Assembly: GCA_032161105.1 (NCBI GenBank)
Contig: JAVHTD010000018.1
Strand: one strand, 5' to 3'
Source: Candidatus Thermosaccharophagus tengchongensis
GTDB lineage: Bacteria; Armatimonadota; Fervidibacteria; Fervidibacterales; Thermosaccharophagaceae
Length of the DNA: 60,322 nt
Of this stretch, positions 59,312-60,322 are shown piece after piece (position 1 is the stretch's first letter; every line of letters starts with the position of its first letter). The notes beneath the pieces were generated by a model. That model saw only the letters and a program-made list of their open reading frames with translations, was not told the origin of the DNA and made no database searches. A program made the position numbers and the translations under genes.

Positions 59312-60322
59312 TTAAAAGTAGCGCCATTCCAAAATGCCGGTTGAGAACCCCTCGCGCAGGTGAATTTCCAGCCTCAACTTTGTCGTGACCACCGGATCAA
59401 ATTTGACTCGGTTGAACTTGTCCTTCTCAACACCATAGCCCGATGGGTTTTGAACTTCACGCCACTTTTCACCATCCCACCAGAGAACTTTCCAGCTCTG
59501 CGGCACACGACAGCCACCGATTGGCTCGTCATCAAACCAATAAACTTCGCATCCTGAGATCCTGATCGGCTTTGCGAATGTATATTGAACCCACTCAACT
59601 GTGCCGCGGTGATCCCAAGCTGTCCATCTCGGAATGCTATGGTCGTTGGAGCTCTTGGGGAGCAAGCCATCATGCAGCGCTTCAACTGTATCGGCATGCC
59701 AAGTGTGTGATGCCTCCGCGACCTCGTTGGCAGCCTCTTTCCAGATGTGTCCGCGCTCACCTTCATTGGCGATGCGCGGGAAGACGCTTATCCTCAATCT
59801 CGCACAGCCCATTGGGATGAGCACGATGTCTTCAACAGGTTCATCCGAATGAACGGGGCTATCTTGCAACGGACCAACTATGCCGCCAACAATTGTCCAC
59901 TGACTGATGCGCTTGCCTTTGGCACGCATCTCAATTGGAGCGTTGTCAACCGTGAATGGCTGCCTCGGTATCGCCCCTTGCTTCTTTGAGATTTCAAACG
60001 AGCGCTCCGGTCTCTGCAAGTCAACTATGAGCCCGTAATTCCAGGGTGTTGTTGGGAATACCTCGTAAGCGACCCAATCACCACGCTCATGATACTTTTC
60101 CCAGCGCTCGTTAATCTTCAACGAGAACCAAAGCGGACCGTAACGAACCGAGATGGCGTTGCGTTGTTTCTCCCAAACCTTCACCTGTAGCTTCATCGGC
60201 AGGCGCAGCAGCACTTTATCCCCGTCACGCCATTGGCGCTCAATGATGGCAAACGAGCTTGGCTTTGGTATTCCTTTGAGTTGGTGTCCGTTGACTTGCA
60301 CAGCTGCGCCATCACACCATGA
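59312..60322 (-). CDS. GH127/GH146-like glycosidase, C-terminal part with a discoidin (F5/8 type C)-like domain; 5'-truncated
   Basis: Frame open to the window edge (SWCDGAAVQVNG); RQWRDGD..LPM, YGPL, LIPMGCARLRIS and a C-terminal WVQYTF...YWFDD...TTKLRL. Confidence 0.8.
   Translation of the reverse strand, partial: SWCDGAAVQVNGHQLKGIPKPSSFAIIERQWRDGDKVLLRLPMKLQVKVWEKQRNAISVRYGPLWFSLKINERWEKYHERGDWVAYEVFPTTPWNYGLIVDLQRPERSFEISKKQGAIPRQPFTVDNAPIEMRAKGKRISQWTIVGGIVGPLQDSPVHSDEPVEDIVLIPMGCARLRISVFPRIANEGERGHIWKEAANEVAEASHTWHADTVEALHDGLLPKSSNDHSIPRWTAWDHRGTVEWVQYTFAKPIRISGCEVYWFDDEPIGGCRVPQSWKVLWWDGEKWREVQNPSGYGVEKDKFNRVKFDPVVTTKLRLEIHLREGFSTGILEWRYF

Overview
A 60.3-kb chromosomal window from a bacterium. 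The RNA polymerase insertions, the wealth of CAZymes and sulfatases, and the charged proteins suggest a thermophilic member of Armatimonadota (Fervidibacter-like); this is inference, not a database result. Order of contents: (1) rpoB (5'-truncated) and rpoC, carrying many lineage-specific insertions and a strongly remodelled trigger loop, bridge helix and rifamycin pocket. (2) A minus-strand block: patatin, SGNH hydrolase, gluconolactonase, tandem USP, a 1343-aa multidomain clan GH-A glycosidase, an alpha/beta hydrolase, archaeal-type GlmU and clostripain. (3) A 1615-aa fusion of an apparently inactive nicastrin/nicalin-like M28 domain to a MacB/FtsX permease. (4) A solo excisionase-like HTH, DUF4349 and a small secreted protein. 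(5) A lower-GC sulfated-glycan locus: trypsin-like protease, propeller-PHP hydrolase, four twin-arginine Cys-type sulfatases, a twin-arginine O-methyltransferase and a GH20-like enzyme. (6) A CarboxypepD-like repeat protein. (7) efp, an unusual PilC/GspF-ClpX zinc-finger fusion, dnaE-hisD-HAD-hisB-peptidase T-like-trpG/pabA, an orphan histidine kinase, rpiB, a WecA/TagO transferase and a partial GH127-like gene. No rRNA, tRNA, CRISPR array, integrase or transposase was recognised. The best candidates for new biology are the remodelled RNAP active centre, the pseudo-peptidase/FtsX membrane machine, the T2SSF-ClpX zinc-finger fusion and the Tat-dependent sulfatase/methyltransferase locus.
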